A stretch of DNA of 64,000 nucleotides from an uncultured Thiomicrospira sp. (GCA_965195345.1 OZ239628.1:1472001-1536000), one strand, 5' to 3'; shown: positions 21,389 through 30,746, counted from the stretch's first letter. Numbers and translations: made by a program. The notes: a model not told the origin generated them from the letters alone.

Positions 21389-22406
21389 TAATTACTGTAA
21401 ATTAAGTTATAAAAACCTTGCCCAAGGTGCTTTATACCAGACAGATTCAGATGATAGTTCTTTAAAAATAGTTAGCTCTATGCCATTGGAATCTTTTAGA
21501 AATAAAAAAAATCCTGTTGTTCGTATTCATTCATCTTGTTTTGCCTCAGAACAGATAGGCTCTAGGGATTGTGATTGCAACGACCAATTAAAATCATCAA
21601 TATGGTACATAGCAAATCTATCAAACGGCATTATTTTCTATCTTGATCAAGAAGGAAGAGGTCACGGCACTTCAGGGAAAATTTCTATTATGAATGAAAT
21701 GCATGGCAATAACTTTGACACATACCAAGCATGTGATGCATTGGGATTAGCAGCAGATATTCGAAATTATGATAAAGTGATAAAAATTCTTAATAAATTA
21801 AACATTTATTCAATAATTTTAATCAGCAATAACCCTTTAAAAGAGCAAACATTAACAAATAATGGAATCAAAGTATCGAAACGTGTCATACTCCCTACCC
21901 CTATTAGAGAAGAAAATTTAAACTATCTAGAGTCTAAGAAACAAAAAAAAGAACATAAAATTTCATTGCATAAATTTGACAATGAAAAGAAAATTTATTT
22001 CTATAATCCTAAAGAGGCACATGGTTACCTATCTAACCTATCATTATATGAAATGAAAGTAAATCACTCTAAATGGTACAGTGTAGAGCATTTCTATAAA
22101 GCGCACAAGCATATTAATAATGACATTAATACTGACAAACATTTACGATTTTTAAAACAATTTGAAGCACAAAACGGCATCCATCAAGATTGGGAAGCTA
22201 TTAAAATATCAGTGATGTACACAGCTCTATGCACTAAGTTTACACAGCATGCCGAACTGCATAAGAAACTTATCAAAACAGGTAACGCCCAATTAATAGA
22301 AAAATCCATTAATGACTACTTCTGGGGCATAGGTGAAGATTTCAGTGGTCACAACTGGATGGGCAAACTTCTTATGTACCTTCGAGATAATTTAATTACG
22401 AAATGA
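21381..22406 (+). CDS. GTP cyclohydrolase II-like domain fused to a NADAR (YbiA/RibX, DUF1768) domain
   Basis: VRIHSSC, DCDC.DQL, QEGRG, DIRNY, SNNPLK; then FY...LSN, SVEHFYKA, KFTQH, TG...IE...DYFWG...G.NWMGKLLM. Confidence 0.92.
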   Translation: MFDNYCKLSYKNLAQGALYQTDSDDSSLKIVSSMPLESFRNKKNPVVRIHSSCFASEQIGSRDCDCNDQLKSSIWYIANLSNGIIFYLDQEGRGHGTSGKISIMNEMHGNNFDTYQACDALGLAADIRNYDKVIKILNKLNIYSIILISNNPLKEQTLTNNGIKVSKRVILPTPIREENLNYLESKKQKKEHKISLHKFDNEKKIYFYNPKEAHGYLSNLSLYEMKVNHSKWYSVEHFYKAHKHINNDINTDKHLRFLKQFEAQNGIHQDWEAIKISVMYTALCTKFTQHAELHKKLIKTGNAQLIEKSINDYFWGIGEDFSGHNWMGKLLMYLRDNLITK

Positions 22407-22666
22407 ATATTGGTGTTGAATTATTCGAGATAATGCTAACAGTCATGCTCGTTTTGATTGGGCTATCGCAAGTTTTCATCTTGTCTAACCAAAAGCATCA
22501 AAATTAATTATCTTTGTTGCAAAACTATAGATTGGCAGTGAAATGCTTAGGCAAGGGAAACCTCTCAGAGTTAAACGCCAGCATTTTCATTATTGAATTA
22601 GTTATACCCAATGATGAATATTTATTATATAACTTAACGGAGGAAAATCAGACTAAGAATAGAAAA

Positions 22667-22843
22667 ATGAATAAACCAAATATCTTTGATTGTGGTTCCA
22701 CCGAATTAACACAAGATTCTGTTTTAGCTTATATAGCTTCTTGGGCAGGTGAAAAATATAAAGACTGTTCAGAGTATAAGTATAGTCAAGAATTTTTGAA
22801 GGAAATAATCAGCGAGTTTACCTCGGGTAAGATAGCGCGGTAA
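22667..22843 (+). pseudogene. truncated PD-(D/E)XK nuclease-like protein (N-terminus only)
   Basis: MNKPNIFDCGSTELTQDSVLAYIASWA resembles the N-terminus of PD-(D/E)XK family proteins; stops after 58 aa. Confidence 0.5.
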
Positions 22844-22863
22844 TCCAATCAAAAAGTAATCTT

Positions 22864-23199
22864 ATACACGCACACATAGTTTTAGCACATCCAGAGAAAG
22901 AATATTTCAATGCACACTTATCAGATATCTAGCAACAAGTGCTCGGTGTCGCCGGATGACAAACCACGCTGTCTAACCCCTACGACATGGACTTCGACCC
23001 ATGCGAAGGGTCGCGTCACTACAGCTCTCGCAAAGACGCAAAGGTTTTTCACGCTCAAACCAAACAGCGTTACAACGCAGACAGTGAAACCTTACCAGCA
23101 GAGGTGGAATCGGAAATACAACACTTGCTGGAATGCAATCTGCTGATCGTTTATTTCCCATTGTGGTGGTTCGGCATGCCCGTAATACTCAACAGGTAA
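22864..23199 (+). pseudogene. NAD(P)H:quinone oxidoreductase (flavodoxin-2 family) pseudogene
   Basis: HIVLAHPE...FN, two in-frame stops (TAG, TGA), FPLWWFGMPVIL; start decayed to ATA; 3'-truncated. Confidence 0.85.
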
Positions 23200-23541
23200 G
23201 CCATTCATAGTATCGACATATACTTCCTGTAAATGTTCAGACATTTTTATCGTGTGTAACATCAACTTTGGCTTTAAGAAGGAGAAATGTTTTCAAGTAG
23301 GTTAAATATTGGTTCTTCTCGTGTAAGCACTTCAAAAATATGACATGGTTAATTTAAAATGAGCGGAAGATAAATTAATTTGCGATAATTGTTTAATAAT
23401 TTTTTTGAAAAAAATTGAAAAAATCAAGGTATTCGGATTGCAAAACCTGTTGAAATTACACTTTTTATTTTTGAATGTAACCGAGTATTCCGAGGATAAC
23501 TCAAATGAAGTTAAACGTATTTTAAGATAGGAGATTGATTC

Positions 23542-24195
23542 ATGTCAAATATAGCAGGCAAAGCTTATGCAATGAATGTGATTACTCCAAGTAAAAGAAA
23601 AATAACTTGGATTAATCGTTTTATTTTTATGTTAGCACGTGGACTACCTAGTCAGCTCGCAGGTCTAATGGGTCTTTCTATAATTCATTTTGCTCGGTGG
23701 ATTTTGATAAAACCTTGTCAATGGCCAGATTTAGGTCAAGGTCAGGAAAGTCTGAAAAATGACTATATGATGTTTTGTTCAAATTTTAACGGCACATGGG
23801 ATCAATATATAGATAGCTTTTCAGATGGCATTCCAGATGGGCTTGATCTATTTTGGTATACAGCAACAAAATATCCTAATTCAATTCCTATTAAACCGTT
23901 TAAAAGCTATATCACTGCTAATCAGATCGATACTAACTATTACTATAACGCTACTCCCGGTGCTGCACAAAGAGATATTATATGTGCGATGCGTGTTTAT
24001 AGTGAGTTGCTCGCTCTGTCAAAAAAACACGAAAATGAAGATGCCGAGGCGTTTCAAGATTCTTATCAAAAAGCTTTAGCCAAAGTCCAAAATTGTTTGG
24101 GTGATATGGGTTATGCTCCATTAGCAAGTTTGGCGACAGAGAGGGCAAGCATAAATCATGAGTCTTTTCTTAAAGGACAGAAGACTTTGAATTAA
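23542..24195 (+). CDS. conserved hypothetical protein, DyP-associated
   Basis: 217 aa, AGGAG RBS, IHFARW...YMMFCSNFNGTWDQYID motif. Confidence 0.85.
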   Translation: MSNIAGKAYAMNVITPSKRKITWINRFIFMLARGLPSQLAGLMGLSIIHFARWILIKPCQWPDLGQGQESLKNDYMMFCSNFNGTWDQYIDSFSDGIPDGLDLFWYTATKYPNSIPIKPFKSYITANQIDTNYYYNATPGAAQRDIICAMRVYSELLALSKKHENEDAEAFQDSYQKALAKVQNCLGDMGYAPLASLATERASINHESFLKGQKTLN

Positions 24196-24244
24196 AGAAG
24201 ACAATGAATATTTTAAAATTTTCAAGAAAATAGTGAGATAAAAA

Positions 24245-25255
24245 ATGCCAAATTTTGATACAGGACATTATTTTTTAACAACTCTTGCGCCTATAAAAAA
24301 AGGCACAATGGTTAATAATGATAAAGAAGTGCTTTCGTTTGCACAAAATTTACAAAGAGTTTTGGACACTTTGCCAACGGCTCTGCAATCTCCAGCGACA
24401 GAAAAAGTGGGAATAAATAGCCCATTTGTACGAGAAAAAAGCACACATTTTTGTAGATTCACTATTATTAACAATGTCGTTTTTAATGGTCGAAATAAAT
24501 CAAATGTTCTGTGGCGTGTTCTTGAAAAGATTAACCCTCTTATTCCTAATCATGTTGATAGTTTAAAGAGCGAATACCTGATGTTTGTCGTTGATTTTGA
24601 TGCTGTAATGAGTATTGGTGATTCGTTACCCGACACCTTGAGTCTACATGAGCAAAATGAAGTACGCAATGCTTACGCTAAGAGATTATGGCAGCATTTA
24701 CAGACAGAAATACAAAAAATATATAGTAATTGTGTTGGGTTTGAAAAAGTTGAAACTGCAGAAAATTTTGCACAGTATATAGAAAAATGTCAGATAGAGA
24801 CTACTATGTCATTTAATGACTATTGGATTAACCCGCCAACACTTCATCGCTTGTCAATACCTATGCTAGCAGCTTTAGTGGGAACTCCTATTGTGGTGGC
24901 TCTTGTCAGTTTGCTCTGCTTTATTTTTGGTAGATCACATATTCCTATTTTAGGTTGGTCAAGTGGCTGGAGTCTTGCCTTAGGTAGTCTATCAATTGCT
25001 ATTGCCCTGTATGTTGCCTATCTTTATATATTGTGGAATGGTCGTAAACCTATGTCACCAGGCAAGTACGCAGATCTACCATCTGTTTTAAAATCACTAT
25101 ATATTCAACAGAATTTCAAACAGTTTGCCATAGACGCCCAATCTATGAGTAAAGACGATTTATATAACAATTTTGGGGAATTTTTAAAACAGCATAAATT
25201 GCATCAAAAAAATTCCCCAACGCAAAATGCTGGCGTAATCGATCTTAAAGGGTAA
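24245..25255 (+). CDS. conserved hypothetical membrane-anchored protein, DyP-associated
   Basis: 336 aa; THFCRF...YLMFVVDFD; two hydrophobic helices near the C-terminus. Confidence 0.85.
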   Translation: MPNFDTGHYFLTTLAPIKKGTMVNNDKEVLSFAQNLQRVLDTLPTALQSPATEKVGINSPFVREKSTHFCRFTIINNVVFNGRNKSNVLWRVLEKINPLIPNHVDSLKSEYLMFVVDFDAVMSIGDSLPDTLSLHEQNEVRNAYAKRLWQHLQTEIQKIYSNCVGFEKVETAENFAQYIEKCQIETTMSFNDYWINPPTLHRLSIPMLAALVGTPIVVALVSLLCFIFGRSHIPILGWSSGWSLALGSLSIAIALYVAYLYILWNGRKPMSPGKYADLPSVLKSLYIQQNFKQFAIDAQSMSKDDLYNNFGEFLKQHKLHQKNSPTQNAGVIDLKG

Positions 25256-25296
25256 AAAACTTTGATAATATTTAGCAGTATACAAGGAGCATAATC

Positions 25297-26940
25297 ATGG
25301 CACATCATATTGATTTAGATGATATTCAAGGTAATATTATTAGAGGGTACGGTCGATATAGCTTTCCGAAGGCACGCTATTTTTTCTTACATATTGAAGA
25401 TGCGTCCGCAGGTCGAAAATTTATTAATAAGGTCACACATAAAATAACAACGGCGGCTCACTGGAATTCAGACAAGCCTCTTGTAACATTAAATATTGGA
25501 TTTACCTTTACGGGATTGATGCAATTATCTTTGCCCATAAGAACATTGCAAGCTATGCCCAATGATTTTATTGAAGGCATGAAAGCTAGGGCATTCATTT
25601 TAGGAGATGATACAAACTATAGTCTTGATAATGATAAGTGGTGCGCACATTGGGATCCGATTTGGAAAGAAAATCGCACTGAAAATAATAAAAATAATAA
25701 AAATAATGTGCACATTTGGATATCCATAAATGCGCAAGTACATGAGGGTACGGACGAAGCAGTCCCTGCATTAGAAGAGCAAACAGAGTGGCTTAGGAAT
25801 GTTTGTGAAGAATTACAGCAGAAGGTCCGTATTTTGACAACTAATGGACAAAAAGGAAACGAAGAATATCAGTCAGCTTCTGCTATTTTTGATACCCTTC
25901 CCAATGGACTAAAAGTGCCAACAGCTAAAGAGCACTTTGGTTTTACTGATGGGATTGGTAATCCTGTTTTTGAAGGTCAATTTCCTGAAGAGGTCATGAA
26001 AAAACGTGTTATAGGTTCAGGAAAATGGATGACTAAGTCTCAAGGTTGGCAACCGCTTGCAACGGGTGAGTTTATACTTGGTTATCCAGACGAGAGCCAA
26101 GAGCTACCACCAACGACTGTACCATGGAATTTTACACGAAATGGTACTTTTATGATTTATCGTAAACTACATGAAAATGTGGATACTTTTGCAGAAGTTA
26201 TCGCAGAAGAGGCAAAAAACTATGCTGAAATCATGAATATTGATATTGAGCAGGCTGAAACAACCTTAAAAGCCAAGGTAGTTGGTCGGTGGCCTGATGG
26301 TGTCCCTCTTTCTCTCGTACCAACATACCAAGATTGGATAGCATTTAAAAAAGAAAAAGGATTTGACAATCCTAATCCATTAGAAGCGGCCATTTCATTT
26401 CGAAATTATTACTTTTCGGATGAACCCGCTAATTTTAAATACGGCGATGATATGCAGGGTATTAAGTGCCCTGTTACTAGTCATTTACGCCGTGCTAACC
26501 CACGAGATTACCTAGATCCCCATAATAAATCTAAGGGTAATAACGCTGATGCTACTACGCAATTGAGCAATAGACGGCGCATATTACGTCGTGGACTTCC
26601 CTATGGCCTCCCCGAACTGGGTAAGGGTAACAATCAAACTGAACAGGGTGTTATATTTATGGTTGTATGTACTAGTATCTTTAGGCAGTTCGAATTTGTA
26701 CAACAGCAGTGGATGGAGTATGCATTGGATTTTAATGCTGGTAATAATACATGCCCTTTAATAGGCAACCATATTAAACATAAAAATCATATTGTTCCAT
26801 CAGATCCTACGAGCAAAAAAATGCCTTATGTTATGAGCGATTTAAAAAATTTTGTTGAAACACGTGGTGGTGATTACTTTTTTATTCCGTCAATTAGTGC
26901 CTTGCAAATGATGGCAATGGGAATCATTGATCCAACTTAA
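25297..26940 (+). CDS. Dyp-type (dye-decolorizing) heme peroxidase, long form
   Basis: DIQGNI, EHFGFTDGIGNP (GxxDG), SHLRRANPR (proximal His), RILRRGLPYG, QFEFVQQQW, GGDYFFIPS. Confidence 0.95.
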   Translation: MAHHIDLDDIQGNIIRGYGRYSFPKARYFFLHIEDASAGRKFINKVTHKITTAAHWNSDKPLVTLNIGFTFTGLMQLSLPIRTLQAMPNDFIEGMKARAFILGDDTNYSLDNDKWCAHWDPIWKENRTENNKNNKNNVHIWISINAQVHEGTDEAVPALEEQTEWLRNVCEELQQKVRILTTNGQKGNEEYQSASAIFDTLPNGLKVPTAKEHFGFTDGIGNPVFEGQFPEEVMKKRVIGSGKWMTKSQGWQPLATGEFILGYPDESQELPPTTVPWNFTRNGTFMIYRKLHENVDTFAEVIAEEAKNYAEIMNIDIEQAETTLKAKVVGRWPDGVPLSLVPTYQDWIAFKKEKGFDNPNPLEAAISFRNYYFSDEPANFKYGDDMQGIKCPVTSHLRRANPRDYLDPHNKSKGNNADATTQLSNRRRILRRGLPYGLPELGKGNNQTEQGVIFMVVCTSIFRQFEFVQQQWMEYALDFNAGNNTCPLIGNHIKHKNHIVPSDPTSKKMPYVMSDLKNFVETRGGDYFFIPSISALQMMAMGIIDPT

Positions 26941-26967
26941 AATAAGCCAAAAAAATCAGATAATTTT

Positions 26968-28317
26968 ATGAATGTTTTAATTTTAATTTGGCGTTATATA
27001 TTAAGTTTATTAGATGCATTAAGGGCTATTTCTTGCTTGCTCTATTTAACAGTGCGTTGTTTGTTTGGCAAACATACTTTTAAGATGAACTTTTCACAGT
27101 TATTTGATCGAGTTGCAACTCAACGTCTTGTTTTTAGTGTTCTTCGTATTTTTAAGCCTAACTTGTCGCTTGCTAAAATTATTTTCAAATCATATCATAA
27201 TACAGGAACTGTTCTCGTTACAAGACGGCAGGATGTCTTAGATGTACTTTCGCGTAATGCTGACTTTGAAGTTACCTATGGTTCTAGAATGAAAAAATTG
27301 ACCGATGGTGATAACTTTTTTTTAGGTATGCAACCTTCTGCAGATTATCAAAGAAATGTTTCAATGATGCGTTTGGCTGCGCGGCAAAGTGATGTTAGTA
27401 GCATTGTTGTTCCAAGAGCTAAGATTATAGCGCAAGATGCTATTAATCAGTCTAAAGGAAAAATCGACCTTCCAACAGAACTTACAAAAAAAGCACCTTG
27501 GGATATGGTTGCGACTTATTTTGGCACTCCTGGTGAAAATCCTGAAATGATGCAGCATTGGGCCACGACTTTATTTTGGTATTTATTTAACGATGTAGAT
27601 GCGAATGACTCACTTGATAAAACCTCTTTGGGCATAGCAAGGGACCTGTGTGCTTACTTAGATAAAACAATTCAAGCGCGCAAAGACAACCCTAATTCTG
27701 ATGATGATTTAATCAATAGATGCTTATCGTTACAAACAACAAATCCAGATATTATTACCGATATAAACATTCGTAACAATCTACTCGGGTTAATTATTGG
27801 CGCTATACCAACGATATCCAAAGCATGTTGTTTTGCTATAGATGAGCTATTTCGTCGCCCAGAAGAACTGGAAAAAACAATGCAAGCGGCTAGGAATAAT
27901 GATGATGATTTAATGGCACAGTACTTGTGGGAAGCATTACGATTTAACCCTCTTAATCCCATTATATTTCGTCGTGCTGCACGCGATACCACGATTGCTA
28001 GAACGTCTCTACGTCAGCAAAAAGTTAAGCAAGGGCAAATGGTTCTAGCAGCAAATCTTTCAGCAACTTTTGATAGAAAAGAAATACCTTCTCCAAATGA
28101 TTTTTTGGTAAATAGAGAATGGGAAACATACATTACTTGGGGCTATGGTATGCATAAGTGTTTTGGAGCAACGATCAATAAAGCAATCATTCCAACGATA
28201 TTAAAACCGTTATTGTGTACAAAAAACTTAAGAAGAGCACCTGGAAAAGCAGGGAAGATAGATACAGAAAACACCCCTTTCCCTATGCATTTTCATGTTG
28301 AATTTGATGTAAGTTAA
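26968..28317 (+). CDS. cytochrome P450
   Basis: EALR (ExxR), WGYGMHKCFG heme-thiolate motif, atypical I-helix GAIPT, hydrophobic N-terminus. Confidence 0.94.
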   Translation: MNVLILIWRYILSLLDALRAISCLLYLTVRCLFGKHTFKMNFSQLFDRVATQRLVFSVLRIFKPNLSLAKIIFKSYHNTGTVLVTRRQDVLDVLSRNADFEVTYGSRMKKLTDGDNFFLGMQPSADYQRNVSMMRLAARQSDVSSIVVPRAKIIAQDAINQSKGKIDLPTELTKKAPWDMVATYFGTPGENPEMMQHWATTLFWYLFNDVDANDSLDKTSLGIARDLCAYLDKTIQARKDNPNSDDDLINRCLSLQTTNPDIITDINIRNNLLGLIIGAIPTISKACCFAIDELFRRPEELEKTMQAARNNDDDLMAQYLWEALRFNPLNPIIFRRAARDTTIARTSLRQQKVKQGQMVLAANLSATFDRKEIPSPNDFLVNREWETYITWGYGMHKCFGATINKAIIPTILKPLLCTKNLRRAPGKAGKIDTENTPFPMHFHVEFDVS

Positions 28318-28332
28318 TGCAAGTATTGAGTT

Positions 28333-28640
28333 ACTCCCCCTCGTATTAGCACTCTTTGGCATTGACAATCCATTGAATGGAACCATCTTATAGACGCGTG
28401 CTCAACTTGCTAATAAAAAACCACCATTCAATGTCAACAAGGGCTTCTCCATCTTCAAATATTGATTTGTATGTAATAGTTTTCACGATCTGCAACAAGA
28501 TTTAATGCATTTTCTTTTGTAGCAATTACTGGTCAGATAGGGTCACCAATCCGAAATGTAATGGTGAATGCATTCATAAGTCGACATTACCTCCGTATTC
28601 AATTGAATACGAAAAAAGAAGCCTTTGCGTTCTCAGAACT
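28333..28640 (-). pseudogene. possible decayed VOC/PhnB-like gene
   Basis: Broken frames reading FRIGD and FEDGEALVDIEWWFF...*DGSIQWIVNA; weak similarity only. Confidence 0.25.
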
Positions 28641-28944
28641 TGCTTGAGTGTGAACTGCAATTGTTCAAGCATATAAAATAAATCAAAAATAGCAAATGTT
28701 TATCCACCTTAGCTCCCAATTTTTGACCACACCTTTACTTTCAACTTTACATCATATCTATAAGTGATACTGGTTTTTTCTGTACATAGCATAGCGTAAA
28801 ATCGAATGCTCCTACGCCCTTTAAATAATTTGAAAGAGGCTCATCGCTATAGGGATTATCCGCACAAAATAGTGCCATGTTTCTACCACTTAAACTGAAG
28901 AAACTACAAGTCTTTTTTAAGTCTTAATTACTCGTGCTGATTAT

Positions 28945-29151
28945 TCATCTTATTTTTTCTACTTCCTTAGCTTGATCGATAAAAGCTGATAGTGATTTTA
29001 AAATATGAACTATGCTAAAAATGAAAATGCCATGTTGGACACCAATATGATTAAATTCTCTAAATATGTCATGAGCTGAAGTAATTAGCAAGACTATACC
29101 AACAAATAATTTTAACCATCTATTTTGAGAAAAACGTATCAACCAAGACAT
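28945..29151 (-). CDS. small membrane protein
   Basis: 68 aa, two hydrophobic helices, AAGGA RBS. Confidence 0.7.
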   Translation of the reverse strand: MSWLIRFSQNRWLKLFVGIVLLITSAHDIFREFNHIGVQHGIFIFSIVHILKSLSAFIDQAKEVEKIR

Positions 29152-29491
29152 GTTTTATTTCCTTCTAATTATGAGTGACATCCTTTCCTCTTTGCTGCAA
29201 GCAACCTTATTTGGGCAATAAAAATTGATTTTATGTACCTATTATAATTCTAAAACCCAATTATCCCTTTTCTCTCAGTTTCTCTCAGTTAAATTTGACA
29301 AACAAAAATCTCCTTTAAACCTTGATACTTTGAATTATTATAAATTATCTTTTAAATAGCTAATATTTTTTAGCAATAGACTTTAATTAAATCAAGTGAT
29401 TAATTGTCATCCAATGAAGCAAGGCTTAAGATTTTGTGGGAGCATGACGATAATATAAACTATTGTAAGCTACCCTGCCTCATTGAGGCAT

Positions 29492-29670
29492 TTAGAACAT
29501 ACATTCTTGAGTTTTATTGTGAATATTTGTCCTTAAATTTAAGAGCACTATTGGTCCATTATGATTCCTTATCATATACGCCAGGTATCCTAGCGTTTCA
29601 ACCATCATTGCATAAGTTGATGGTCTACCAATCCCCCACATGCGTTTAGACGCTTAACAGGAGAAACCTC
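29492..29670 (-). pseudogene. type IA DNA topoisomerase fragment
   Basis: EVSPVKRLNA, frameshift, GIGRPSTYAMMVETL; GIGRPSTYA is a hallmark TopA motif. Confidence 0.7.
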
Positions 29671-29741
29671 TATTTTTAAGTGTGACAGCTAAAGGGTAGT
29701 CTACAATATGAATTCTTTAGAAAAATCATTATGGTGTTACT

Positions 29742-30305
29742 ATGAAAATTATCGATCATATTTTATCTTTTTCTGATTTGAAAGATGTGGACGAAGGGGC
29801 AGAACCCGCTCCGCATCAACCGGAAATATTACTCATTGCATGTGTTGATGCAAGAAAAGATCCTATTGCTGATTTAGGCATTCCTAAAGGCAAAGCCATT
29901 ATCATGAGAAATATTGCCGCTCTTGTTTCTCACCATTCAGTGCCACTTAACGAGAGGTTAATCATAAGTTCCACTTTAGAATTTTCTGTTAAGATATTGA
30001 AAGTAAAACATATTGTTGTTATGGGGCACACACATTGTGGAGGCATAAAGGCTTCCTTAACAGGAGTTGATTTACCATCTTTAGACCTTTACTTAAGAAG
30101 CTTTTTACCTGTTGATGATACACTTAATGATGAAAATTTATCATTAGAAGAAAAATGTCGCCATCTTGAAGAAAAAGCCGTTGCCTTTAGTGTTGATAAT
30201 CTAAAATCGTATGACTTTATTAGCGACGCCGTTAATAATGGTTCTTTATCACTGCATGGTTGGGTGCTTGATACTGCCAGCGGTAAGATTAATGTTGTTA
30301 CTTAG
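29742..30305 (+). CDS. beta-class carbonic anhydrase
   Basis: CVDAR (CxDxR), RNIA, GHTHCGG, LHGW motifs. Confidence 0.93.
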   Translation: MKIIDHILSFSDLKDVDEGAEPAPHQPEILLIACVDARKDPIADLGIPKGKAIIMRNIAALVSHHSVPLNERLIISSTLEFSVKILKVKHIVVMGHTHCGGIKASLTGVDLPSLDLYLRSFLPVDDTLNDENLSLEEKCRHLEEKAVAFSVDNLKSYDFISDAVNNGSLSLHGWVLDTASGKINVVT

Positions 30306-30376
30306 GGCGTGTTAAAAGACGCTTATTGTCGAACCGTCGAACCAGCATTCTCACCAAGACTGCCTCAGCATCAAAA

Positions 30377-30408
30377 TAAAAAAAGACACCGGTGGCGTCC
30401 CTTTTATT
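30377..30408 (-). terminator. hairpin with A/T tracts, probable original tRNA-Ser terminator (possibly bidirectional)
   Basis: AAAAAAA-GACACC-GG-TGGCGTC-CCTTTT imperfect stem adjacent to the att relic. Confidence 0.5.
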
Positions 30409-30409
30409 C

Positions 30410-30427
30410 TGGCGGTGAAAGAGGGAT
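30410..30427 (-). repeat. copy of the tRNA-Ser 3' end (relic att site)
   Basis: TGGCGGTGAAAGAGGGAT vs TGGCGGTGAAGGAGGGAT at 31788-31805 (17/18). Confidence 0.8.
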
Positions 30428-30467
30428 ATGTACAGACCTATGTATAAAGGGTTTCAGCCACTGCAAT

Positions 30468-30746
30468 CTACGTACCGTACACTACCGCTATAATCATAAC
30501 GATAAGAAAACCATTTATTTGCATGTGAAAGAAAAATATAATGCCGAATACCAACGAAATATAGTGGTTTTTTTTGAATTTATAAGCATATACAGTGCTT
30601 GATAATATAGAAAAGAGCAGCGTTGATATAATGTATGCCGAAGGGAACGTTTCACCAAAGACGTCATCAATCGAGAAAATCAATACTCCAAAATAGAGTC
30701 CTAACATTGTTAGTGAAATAACTAAAAAAATTAATGTTTTTTTCAC
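30468..30746 (-). CDS. small hypothetical membrane protein
   Basis: 92 aa, three hydrophobic segments. Confidence 0.6.
   Translation of the reverse strand: MKKTLIFLVISLTMLGLYFGVLIFSIDDVFGETFPSAYIISTLLFSILSSTVYAYKFKKNHYISLVFGIIFFFHMQINGFLIVMIIAVVYGT

Noticed and set aside
21381-22406. Calling this gene housekeeping ribA
   Set aside because: Island context, no rib genes nearby and loss of the catalytic Tyr; symbol withheld.
29404-29649. 81-aa plus-strand ORF
   Set aside because: Antisense to the topoisomerase relic; TTG start and no motif.
30309-30602. 97-aa plus-strand ORF
   Set aside because: Runs through a terminator, the att relic and an opposite-strand gene.
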